From the NCBI RefSeq assembly GCF_037042905.1, contig NC_087245.1, forward strand, positions 1,924,001-1,988,000: a stretch of DNA of 64,000 nt, written 5' to 3'. This document shows positions 32,670-43,174 of the stretch, piece by piece. The first letter of the stretch is position 1; each line of letters starts with the position of its first letter. The notes below the pieces were generated by a model that saw only the letters and a program-made list of their open reading frames with translations, did no database searches and was not told where the DNA came from. The translations under genes and the position numbers were made by a program. Origin of the DNA: Lytechinus pictus. Taxonomy: Eukaryota.

Positions 32670-33876
32670 TTAAATAAACGTGTTTTCACCGGTTTCCAAC
32701 AGAAGCTATCGCACGGTTAACAAAAGACTTAATTCATGGCTGATAGTCAACAAAACGGAGTGTCAAGTGAGTTTGAACGCTAGCCTGTAGAACCTCTTAA
32801 TTTTATGAAATTATTGAAATTCAAGCCTTATTTCAAATAACCAGAACTTTGTTATTTCTTGACCATTTTCTGTAATTGAGGTTTCAAATTAAAGAGCAGA
32901 TATTGAACTTTATAAAAATGTGGTTTTCTTTTTGAAACCCAGATACAGCCCGCCAAGTGACTTTTTGGTATCCCCTCTTCAAATTGTTTTTGCTCACTGA
33001 TGCGTGAATGAGAAATAATCTTTTTAAGCTTTACAATGGTAGGTTATTTGTCTATTGTATTTGTGATTAAGTTATGATAAATCATCGATAAATGTCGGTT
33101 CCGTTTTTGTGGGACGCACTGTATATATATATAGTGCTGGAAAATCTAATGTCAAATGACAAAAAAATGAATTGGTGGTTTTGGGGCACTGACCCGGAAG
33201 GAGGGGGTACTTGGATTATGATTGAACGGTGGTGTGAGACTCGGGGCTTGAAACCCTTACCCATTTCAAATGGTCATTTGGATTTTCTGTAAAATAAAGA
33301 CACATTTTCCTGATTAATTGTGCTTTTTTGAGCAATGAGACCATCACATTAAACAGATATGCATTATTATCGTACTAAGATGTGGAAATACTACACGTAG
33401 AATCTACTCGTCCCGGGGTCCTGGCTATACTCGTACTCTCGACGTAGTCTCTAACATAGACATTTCCGGGGCTTTTCCGGGGGCTTTTCCTTGGGATTCT
33501 TATAGATATTTTTCTTTTCAGAAACGGACCCATGTCTAAGGATTATTCAGTTGAAAAATAGTCCCCTATGGCTAAGGATTTCTTGCAATAGCAAGACCCA
33601 TGTCTAAGGATTTTTGTTATTGTAGTTGTTGCAAAAAAAAAGACCCACTGGGGCGGCACATCCCCGTATGCGATATACACGAGAGTACCCCCCCCCCCCC
33701 ACTCCTGGGGGCACTGAGCACCAGTTTTCAAAGTTCAGAGTTAATTTGTACGCCCAGAACTCAAACTGATAGTACTAGAAACTTTGATGTATTTTAAAAA
33801 CTACCCATGTACTTTATTTTGGTGGTAACCTTTATGCTTTTCGTGAAGAGTTCCCAGAAATATCAAAACTTCGTAT

Positions 33877-36549
33877 CTACATTGGAATAGTATAATTGAT
33901 CTTGGTGGTAACCTTGATGCTTTTCATGAAGAGTTCCCAGAAATATTCTTGACACATTGGGTCTTCATCCCATTTGAGATAGGGTCGGTTAATACTCATC
34001 AAAAGGCGAATCAGATATGGAAGGTCTTCACCAGGAATATCATCTAAAAACACGAAAAGAACTGCGTCGCGTTTAGCATGATTCACATGTTGCAGAGCTA
34101 TGTGTAGTTTTGTAAGAAACCAACTGTCTTTGATCGCACTTTGACTGACCATAAAAACGGATTTGTAACTATTGTCAATGACGTGGGCAACAGCGTCAAG
34201 ACGATACATCCCAAGTGGTAGCATTTCATCACCGACTAGGAGATTTAACTCTGGTTCACGCTCTTGAATATTGGGCACCAAATATTCGTTGACCCATTCT
34301 TGGTGGTCATCATCGTACACAATGTTGATGTCGTATTTGTAATCCCGTGTTTCAATGATTTCGCTGTAACCGATTATACAGAGTCTCAGAAGGAAGCACT
34401 TGTAGTTGATCCACCACCGATTGTAATACAACACGACCAGGATAACTATCACCAGAACCGAAACGACAGATACACCACAGTATAAAATGATATCAGGGCC
34501 ACAGTAGAGGGGTGAATCAAACTCCCTAAAAGATTTTCCCTGTAGTTCTTGGGGAGAATTGATGGAACAAACGGTTTCATCTAAAATTATTTCTACACTG
34601 CTGTTTTGCATCCAGTTTCTGAACCATTTATTTTCACAGTTACATGAGAGTTTTTTGTTGGATAAATCTAAGGTGGACAAAGAAGGTATGATTGGACCAA
34701 GTGCTTTTTCCGTAATGACCTCTATGTTCGTTTTATGCAGACTAAGCAAGGATATTTTTTTAGTTTGAGCAAATACATTATCGTCTAAACCTGCAATCGG
34801 ATTTCGACCTAGATAAAGTGAGAATAATTTGCCCTGATCTCGGAAAGTTTCGGGATGAATATCCTTTAACTCGTTATTTTCAAGGGACAGCATTTCAAGA
34901 TTTGAAAGGCCTTTTAAAAGGTCTTGGTCTAGCTTAGGAAGAGACATACCTTGAAGGTTTAGCATCTCAAGGTTGTAAAGACCTTCAAAACATCCACTTG
35001 GTATTTCACTTTGGATCAAGTTATTGGCGCTTAAATCAAGGTGCTTTAATTTGGTTAGGTTCCTAAATGTAGATATGTTTCTTTCATTTATCCATAAATC
35101 AGATATGTGAAGATAATTGTTATCAAGCCTCAGTTCAGAGAGGACATTAAGGCCAGTGAATGTGTTTTCAGGGTCAAGAGAGTTGATACCAGAACTACTC
35201 AAGTAAAGATTTCTCAATGTAGGTATAGCCCCAAATCTCGGAGGATTTATCAGTGAATTTCCATTCAAATTGAGGAGTTCAAGGCTATTTAGGCCATCAA
35301 ACGAATCATGGTAAATAATTCTGATAGAATTAAAATGCAGTATAAGGTAAATCAAACTCCCCAAACCAATGAAAACTTTCGATGGAATTTCATGAAGTAA
35401 ATTATTACCCAGAGAGAGAGACCTTAGTGGTGGTTCCCAAATCCCTGGAGTGTTTAATTGTACAATAGCGTTGCCATCAAGGTGAAGTTGTTTCATAGAA
35501 GACATGTTATTAAAACTTCTCGGAGAAATTACTTGTATTTTATTTTCAGACAAAAACAATTTCCGTAATCTTGTAAGAAAATGAAAAACATTTTCTGGGA
35601 TGGAGGAGATGTCGTTTTTACTTAAAGAAATGGATAGCAATGGCGAGTTTGTCAAAGGACTGAAGGTTTTTGCAGATAGAGAAGTTAGATTTGATGTTGC
35701 TACACTTATGTGAGTCAGGGTAGGGGCTCTCATCGATGCATAAAAAACCTCTTCAACTCCCTTTTCAAATAGAGGGTTCCCTTCGAATGAGATTCCTCCG
35801 ATATTGATTCCTTGTAAACTCTGAGGGTCTAACGATGATATGCTATTTGATGAAAAATCGATAAAAGTAATCTTTATACAAACTTCCAAATTTTTCAGTG
35901 AGTCATTTTCTAGACTGTTGATTGCATTGCCACTGAGATCTATGTACATAAGGTCACACGTTGTGTCAAAATTCATTCTGAAATTCGCTGAGTTGATGAA
36001 ATTCAGTCCAAAGTCAATGAAAGATATATTCGGTGCCTTCAAGACCAGATCTGGTATTTCCGTTAATGTGTTGTTCCTTAAAAATATATCAGTAAGATAA
36101 TAGTTTTGACGGTAGAGATGACTTGGAAGAACAGAGAGCCGATTCCCAATTAGGTTTACTGACTGCAAGAGATGAAGATCAAAGAATGCGCCTTCTTCTA
36201 TCTCGAAGATAACATTGTACTGTAGTGATATATCAACGAGATTCTTTAAATGTGAGAAAGAATCGTTGTAAATCCTCTCTATCAAGTTGTAGGAGAGTGA
36301 TAGATGCAGTGTATAAGAGGGAATGTCTCTCGGAACTTCTTTTAGACCACGACTCGAGCAGTTGGCTCTACTGTATTGGACGTCAATGGAACAATATTTA
36401 CCTGATTCCGTGCTGATAGGGTCAAAGCCTAATAGGTTATGATCGGTAGTTCCCGGATCACGCATGGTGGCGAGTGGTTCTGTCCCCACCATAATGAAGG
36501 CCGAGTGAATGAAATTAACAAGGAGAAGTGCAAACGAAAGAGTTGCCAT
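33877..36549 (-). CDS. Toll-like receptor, intronless, single-cysteine-cluster (vertebrate-like) type
   Basis: 890-aa ORF: signal peptide, LRRNT (CSIDV...ANCSSRGLKEVP), about 20 LRRs, LRRCT (CNCENKWF...C...C), TM helix, TIR domain (YKYDINIVY, GDEMLPLG, FW). Confidence 0.97.
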   Translation of the reverse strand: MATLSFALLLVNFIHSAFIMVGTEPLATMRDPGTTDHNLLGFDPISTESGKYCSIDVQYSRANCSSRGLKEVPRDIPSYTLHLSLSYNLIERIYNDSFSHLKNLVDISLQYNVIFEIEEGAFFDLHLLQSVNLIGNRLSVLPSHLYRQNYYLTDIFLRNNTLTEIPDLVLKAPNISFIDFGLNFINSANFRMNFDTTCDLMYIDLSGNAINSLENDSLKNLEVCIKITFIDFSSNSISSLDPQSLQGINIGGISFEGNPLFEKGVEEVFYASMRAPTLTHISVATSNLTSLSAKTFSPLTNSPLLSISLSKNDISSIPENVFHFLTRLRKLFLSENKIQVISPRSFNNMSSMKQLHLDGNAIVQLNTPGIWEPPLRSLSLGNNLLHEIPSKVFIGLGSLIYLILHFNSIRIIYHDSFDGLNSLELLNLNGNSLINPPRFGAIPTLRNLYLSSSGINSLDPENTFTGLNVLSELRLDNNYLHISDLWINERNISTFRNLTKLKHLDLSANNLIQSEIPSGCFEGLYNLEMLNLQGMSLPKLDQDLLKGLSNLEMLSLENNELKDIHPETFRDQGKLFSLYLGRNPIAGLDDNVFAQTKKISLLSLHKTNIEVITEKALGPIIPSLSTLDLSNKKLSCNCENKWFRNWMQNSSVEIILDETVCSINSPQELQGKSFREFDSPLYCGPDIILYCGVSVVSVLVIVILVVLYYNRWWINYKCFLLRLCIIGYSEIIETRDYKYDINIVYDDDHQEWVNEYLVPNIQEREPELNLLVGDEMLPLGMYRLDAVAHVIDNSYKSVFMVSQSAIKDSWFLTKLHIALQHVNHAKRDAVLFVFLDDIPGEDLPYLIRLLMSINRPYLKWDEDPMCQEYFWELFMKSIKVTTKINYTIPM

Positions 36550-36797
36550 GATTGTTTGTTCAGATTCTGTGTGAGTACAAAAAAAACGAGAAGCGATATC
36601 AAAATGAAAGCAATCATTTTATTCATTTTTTTTTTTTTTATAAAGTAATGCACCATTAAAGATTTGCTTGGTGAAACGATAGCAATCATTGATAAAGGAC
36701 AGCATTCTAATTGTTATTCTTGACGTGACCGCCCGCCGTAAGGGAGTTAATGTATTCGGCATATTTTGGTCCTCACCATTCTAGATCTGTCATTCCA

Positions 36798-37068
36798 GCC
36801 CCGTCTTACAAAGAGTTGCGATTGTTCCGATCAACCAAAGACAAGGATGACCAGCAACGTCAATATCTAAAATGCAAATTTATTCAAAATATTTTTTAGA
36901 TATGATGTATACATACTGTACATTCATCGTTATTTTGAAGATCCAGTGTGATTCTTTTTTTTCAACTAAGGAGATTGTGCAAATTTCCTGTAGAAAAAAA
37001 ATGGTATGGATGGATTTCCATACAGTTGAGATTGATAGATCAATTGTAACTCTTTGTAAGACAGGGGC
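36798..37068. mobile_element. MITE (PIF/Harbinger-like) about 250 bp upstream of the TLR start codon
   Basis: gccccgtcttacaaagagttgcgattg ... caattgtaactctttgtaagacaggggc TIR. Confidence 0.82.
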
Positions 37069-39033
37069 CCAGGAGCACGAAGCTCGTCCTAGGGGCAGCG
37101 GAACCGGGGGGGCAGGGGGCAAGTGCCCCCACCCCCAAAAAATCCTCGTAGGAGACAAATGCTCTTTTTTCAAAATGAAATGTCCCCTTTTTTTAAATGA
37201 AATACCCTTTTTGAAGTAAAACATAATACATTTTAGGTTAGAAAATCACAACAATTTAATTTGACTCGCGCTTCGCGCTCGCATTATTCAATCGGTGACA
37301 TATGTAGCCCGTATCCTATTCATGAGTCATTAAATGCAGTCTTGTCTGGTCAGTATATTGAAACGTTCAGCTCGCACTTTGCGCAAGCGTTAATTCTTAA
37401 GTAAGAGTCACATCCTTTTTCATGATTACAAAAACTGCTCGGAATGTTTACTTTTCATGTCTTATTACATGAAATTTCATGCTTCTCATCTTGGTCATAC
37501 TTTTGGTTTCCTCATATTTATAAGCATTTTATATCAATATGAATTTTTCGATTTGAGTTGGGATTCTGCGAAAGGAATGACATTGATGACATGTTTAAAT
37601 TAACGATATAACGAGTATAATTTACCTTTGATAACTTGCTTCTTTGAAGTACAGCTATGGCAATGGACTGGTGTTGATAACCCGTAATAGTTACCAGGTT
37701 CAGTTTACAGTGCCAAATAAGGTACTTGTGAATAACGCTATCCAAAGTCATTCTCTCCGGCATTCACTATAAATCGCTATATATGGACATCTCAAACATA
37801 AACATATTTATCGTTCTTTCGGTTTCTGATTTCGCATCATAAGCATTGCAACTATATTAAGTCCAATTTAGCCCATTATCAAGTACTTTAATGTAAACAG
37901 AATAGTGTTTTTGCAAGGTTCTCCGACTCACGTGAAGCATTACGGTATTTCTAAAGGAGAACAACTCGGTGACCGAGGAAGACTCTTTTTTTACATTACA
38001 GAATTAATGTAGGATAATCAGTAATAAAAATATGTTCACATGATGATCTCTTTGATCAATAATCCCAATTCTGGCCCCCCCCCCTTCTGTCTTATTTCCT
38101 TTTCCTAGCTCTGATTTCTTCCATTTCTGGAGGTATAATCGAATTTTAGGTTTGAATATCTTTCCCTAGTTCTTTTTTGTTTTGTCTTCTCGTTTCAGTA
38201 TAGGAAAATAAAGGGAAAATACAGGGAAAATACAGTAGGTAATCGAATTCAAACATACTTTTTCCCCATTACATCACAGCGCCATCTCATGTCTTCTTGT
38301 CACTGGACATTAGATAAGTGGGGATCAACGTAGAGGGCCAGAAATTCCTCATAATGTAAGGGCACTCCGAGCTTGTTGCGCAAAGATTTGAGCTAGATTG
38401 AAAATCCTACTTGCATAGTCAAAACATAGATTGAATACATTCTCGGGAAAAGGTTGAAGAAAAATCAGAATGGTGAAATTTGATTAGGTAATTATGTGTA
38501 TTTGAATTATAGGACTAACAAATATGCTATGCTGTTGACGGGTAATGGATGTGGAAACTTTGTCGTTATATGATATTGCACTTATGAATAAAACAAATGA
38601 CAGAAGTAATCGTGCCGTGGACGTGGTAATAGTCTTGATAAATTCGAGAAAAAAAATGCTTATCGGATGATTCACATGACTTAACGACATTCTGCTTCCT
38701 CCCTGTCCAACTTTCTGCATTATTTGAGCTGCATTTTATAAAACAGTAATTAACTTAAACTCTTATTGTCTTTGGCTTTATATTACAATTACCGTAGACG
38801 CCATTTTCAGTTCTCGTGGAAGCATCTGCATTAAGACGAAGCGGAAAATTTGAATTTTCAGCACTAGGGACATTTTTTTTGGGGGGGTGAATGTTCAGCA
38901 ACACTGATAAATGTAAGTGACTGTCAATGGATGCCATCCGTTGATTGTCACTGCAGCATTGACAGCACCGGTTTACAGATGGAGATTATGGGCTACGCCC
39001 CCCCCAAAAAAAAAAATGATAATAATAAGTTAA

Positions 39034-40317
39034 AGGTCCCATGAAATAAAGCAAAGATGCTGATTTATTCGTTAGATTAGTGGTCACTAATTACGATTCC
39101 ATCAAAATTTTACCCGAAAACATCCCACATCAGGTTCAAAGGCAATTTTATAAAGAAAATTGAGCCAAATTCGCTCCGCCAACAAAAATTCAGCCCGATT
39201 AGGTTTCGTATATCACGTGACCATTTATGACGTCAGGGAAGGAAGCTGCTGAGTGTTTTTGACGTTTGGAGCGTAAAGTGCCTATTGTGGTTGCACGTGT
39301 GGATTCAAAGTAAATAAATTGAATTGCTGGAATAATATTCAGAATCTGAATCTTCAAAGTCTGAAGAATCAGACGCAGCTGATGACGATGCTGCAGCCAT
39401 GATAAAAACCTCGTAAAAATCTAAAAAATCTGTTAAAGGGGAATCCAACCCAAATAAAAACTTGCTTTTAGAGGAAAAAGGAAAATCAGACAAGTTGATA
39501 GGTGAAAATTTGATCTATATCAGACAAACAATAAGAAAGTTATGATTTTTTTTAGAGTTGTGAATATTGGTAATCACTATACCCATGGAGACTTCAAATT
39601 GGCCGCACATGTGATGTCATAGTGATGTAAGGCAAGGACTACTCTTCCATGTACTCCAATACATAATTTGGCCAAAATGACATTTTTTCAAAAGTTTTAC
39701 TTAAAATTAAACTTGTCTTTCATGAGGACATAAAACAATATACTACCTAGGCTATATTTAGATTATGGCCCCAGGGGAATGGGTACTTATGAGAAAACCA
39801 CAAATCCCTGATAATAAAGTATATGGCCTATGGGAAAGTTGTCCTTGCCCCTTGTCATAATTTACTTACCCAGTTGCCAATTTGAAATCTACATAGTCTT
39901 AGGGATCTCAATTTTAAAACAGCCATAACTTTGTTATTGCTTGTCCGATTTCTTTCAAACTTTCACCATTCTTTTTTATTTATTTTTCTTCTTTCCAACA
40001 CAACATTTTGTGACCAAGGCTGGATTCCCCTTTAAGGATGAGCTCGGTCGAAACAGCAACTAAACGAGAAACTATATAGGGGTCCGGCTGCACAGCTGAG
40101 AAAGCCTTCCTTCGATGACGTCACAATGATTGACAGATCGATCGGCCGACTTTTTCGAAAATTTTAGCGGGCGTTCCCGTTGAAGTTCATTTCCATGGAA
40201 TAACTCAACACCGGTTCGTCGTACACAGAAACCGATGGCAAATTCGTATTTTTCGAGTAAAACTACCTAATAATAGATATGTATCTATAATAAGATGGCC
40301 TTTGTGTAATAGAACCT
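39034..40317. mobile_element. TTAA-target (Kolobok-like) non-autonomous element, outer
   Basis: TTAA|aggtcccatgaaataaag ... ctttgtgtaatagaacct|TTAA (13/18 TIR match); inner inverted pair tgacgtcagggaaggaagct / agccttccttcgatgacgtca. Confidence 0.7.
39437..40031. mobile_element. TTAA-target (Kolobok-like) MITE, inner; related to 999-1583
   Basis: TTAA|aggggaatcca ... tggattcccct|TTAA with long degenerate inverted arms. Confidence 0.85.
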
Positions 40318-43174
40318 TTAACAAACAATAAAACCAAAAAAAGTTCCAGACAGAGAAAAAATATAAATAAAGAAATTTTAAAAGAAAAAGCTAAGAAAAT
40401 GAAAAGGATGGCTAAAATATGAAATTCTTCTTTAGATATCATAGTAAGATCTGTCTCAAAATACGAATGTTAAGTTTTTCGATGTCTATGTTTTCTCTCG
40501 ACTTTTAAGAATATCCCCATTAATAAACCACTTATTTGTCCCCTTCAATGTTGGAGGTCATTGTGCCACTGCTTGTCAGTACCGATCATACCTCAACGAA
40601 AAGGTATCCAAATGTCTGAAAAATTAAAATTTCTTCAGAGTAGGGTCAAAACAGCAACAATCAAAGAAAAATCTATCCTATTAAGTGTTTGTTGGATCAG
40701 AATCATCAATTCGGAAAATTGACATCCCTTTCTCACTAGTGCAAAACCATGATTTAATATCATTTTGTATCAATAAATCTCTTGTCTAGGGTGCTTTATC
40801 TAGATATTGTTTTAAGAGGATAAAGGCGCTCAATAATTTCAACCACCCAATTTCCTCTATAACACTTTCCAGACAAACTATTGAGACATTAATGATATCG
40901 GACGCTTGACTTTAACACCATTAATATACATTCAACGTTTTCAAGAATATCAAGGCAGTAATAACTTTACCTATCAAATTGATTGCCTCTTTTATGATAA
41001 TTATTTGCTTTTAGCTTAAAACAAATAGTAAATAGTCCAACCTTGTTCCTATCACCATTGCTTTGTAGCAGTCTAAATATGCTTATTAGGTAAACGTTCT
41101 GTAGATTCGATGAAATTGCCGACCGTTTTCCCCTCCCTTTCTTTGCAATTGAGATATTCGAAGGATACCGTTTACGTTTGGCATTGACACATATGTTGTG
41201 TTGGTTTTTTTTTTCTTCTAATATAGAAATATTTCCCTACCTGATTGAAAAAAAAGATTCATTATCAAGGAGCCCTACAGTGGTTGACCGCGAGATCACA
41301 ATGTTGAGTTAACTGGAATTTCGGGCTAGAAGGGCTATACGGCAAAAGTTATATTGAAGGAAATTTATTACAGATACTTTATATACACATACATGAATAC
41401 ATTTTAAGCCGGTATGCCTATCTCCTAGCTATGTGGTATTGATATCTTATTACTTTTACTTTTGACCTCCAATAGATATCTTAAAGATTTAGGCTCTCTG
41501 ACTACCCGTATGCTCGAACGGTCATGTGTTAAAAATTATTTAATATGTCGCTTAGTGGTTTTTACAAAATACTTTGTTTGCTAGTCCATGCTATTTTGCT
41601 ATTTAAAGCTGAAATTTCATGTGCTTAATGGTTTTGTATTCCTTTGCATTGACTTGGTTTACCAGCTAGGCAAGATAGAGAGAGTTTCTATACACGAGTT
41701 TACGTTCTAAGAGTGAGATCTACTCTCTATTTGTAGATATATACGTGTGTATATGTGTTTGTTTTATCTAAAATTGATGTGAAGAGTTTTTGAATTAATA
41801 CTATCATCGATTTCACTTCACGTAATCTGGCTTTTAATTACACCGCTACATGTTGGTATTCTTAGTTTTTATAATATTAATAAGTGTCATGTACAACAAG
41901 TGTAATTACTTCATATCCTCCATCAAATAAGATGATCTATATTCCGTTGAAGACTGGTGTTTGGTGACCCTTTTGTGATGAACCTTCTAGATCGTTGTTA
42001 TTGTATGCTGTACGTGTTTCTTTTTGACATATCACGCAAAATCCGCTCCATTGTTTACTCAGGTACAACGTTGAAAATCATACTCCTAACAAGTTACATA
42101 AAGTACAGATTAAACCAACGTTTGACATGTTGGAACACTATTGAATTATTCCTTTCACTCTAGGGTCTTGAAATGCCAGTATGCAACAGAAGCCCCTCCA
42201 TCCAGTCGTTAGACTGTTAGAAGGACTGGTTCATTTTTTGAAGTGTGGTCGCACAATACATGATTGTTATCCTCTTCGCAGTTTATACAATCGTTACATG
42301 TTTCTTTATCATTATGGGTATTTGTCGAAGAATGTATGCTTTTTCTTTAATACACGACATTTGGTCATTATTTCTCCTCCTTGCTGTTGTTTCTACAATA
42401 TTCCTTCAAATTATATCTGCCGTTTTAATCTGTGTGTGATCTTGGGGGTTTGTGGGGGAGCATGCACCACCCTTGTTAGGTTTTGAATTGTACACAAAGC
42501 GATTTACTGCAAAGAACTTCTTATGCAGAATTTTCTTTTTTCATGCTAATGTATCAAATTAATTCCTCCTATTGTCTTACTTTTGGGAGATTCTTACACA
42601 AATGGTATATATGAACATTATTTACATATTGGACTTATTGATACATATCCAACACAATACAGTATCAGATGTTTCTCATTCTTTCGTTTTATTTATTATG
42701 AATGCTGTCCCAATCTTTTTATATCGAAGTATCTTATCGTAATGTCTATTATTAGTTCATTTGCTATGCTTTGCGATTTAAAGGGCTTGCATGTTCCTCC
42801 AATAACCTTTCAATTGTCTCATTATTGCTGGTGCTTGTTGGTTCTTCTTCCACCTCATGGAAATGTATATACATGGAAAATATAGACGCATTTTACGTCT
42901 TCCCTCGAAGGGTTAATGTCTGTAATATTGCCTAAAATACTTTGCTTATTTTGTTCCTGTTATATAGTCAGCTCTGAATATTCTCCCTCTTTTTATAATT
43001 TAAAGGTTCCTAGGATTTAAGTGCTACTGTATATTTGTTTTCTTTTTGTTTTTGTGTTTGTCGTTATTTGTCTGTATTCGTATCTGTCATTCTCGTAATA
43101 TCATGTCTTGTGTTATTTCGTTTAGCTGATCTGCATACTCCTCCCTATCTCTGGAGATCCCCTAGACATCCTTT

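Larger units (their letters stand above)
31504..33121. mobile_element. Tc1/mariner-like long-TIR MITE, left tip missing, hosting nested insertions
   Basis: About 300-bp inverted arms (31504-31810 vs about 32805-33090); right end ...gggacgcactg|TA (CAGTG terminus on -). Confidence 0.8.

Noticed and set aside
34264..36689. Small ORFs overlapping the TLR
   Set aside because: Antisense or alternate-frame shadows of the TLR CDS with no domain signal
37090..37400. GC-rich start plus ctcgcgcttcgcgctcgc motifs, probably an interspersed repeat
   Set aside because: No matching second terminus or TSD found, so boundaries cannot be supported
41957..42885. LINE ORF1 or extra genes upstream of the RT ORF
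   Set aside because: Short T-rich ORFs without recognisable motifs; probably UTR or spacer
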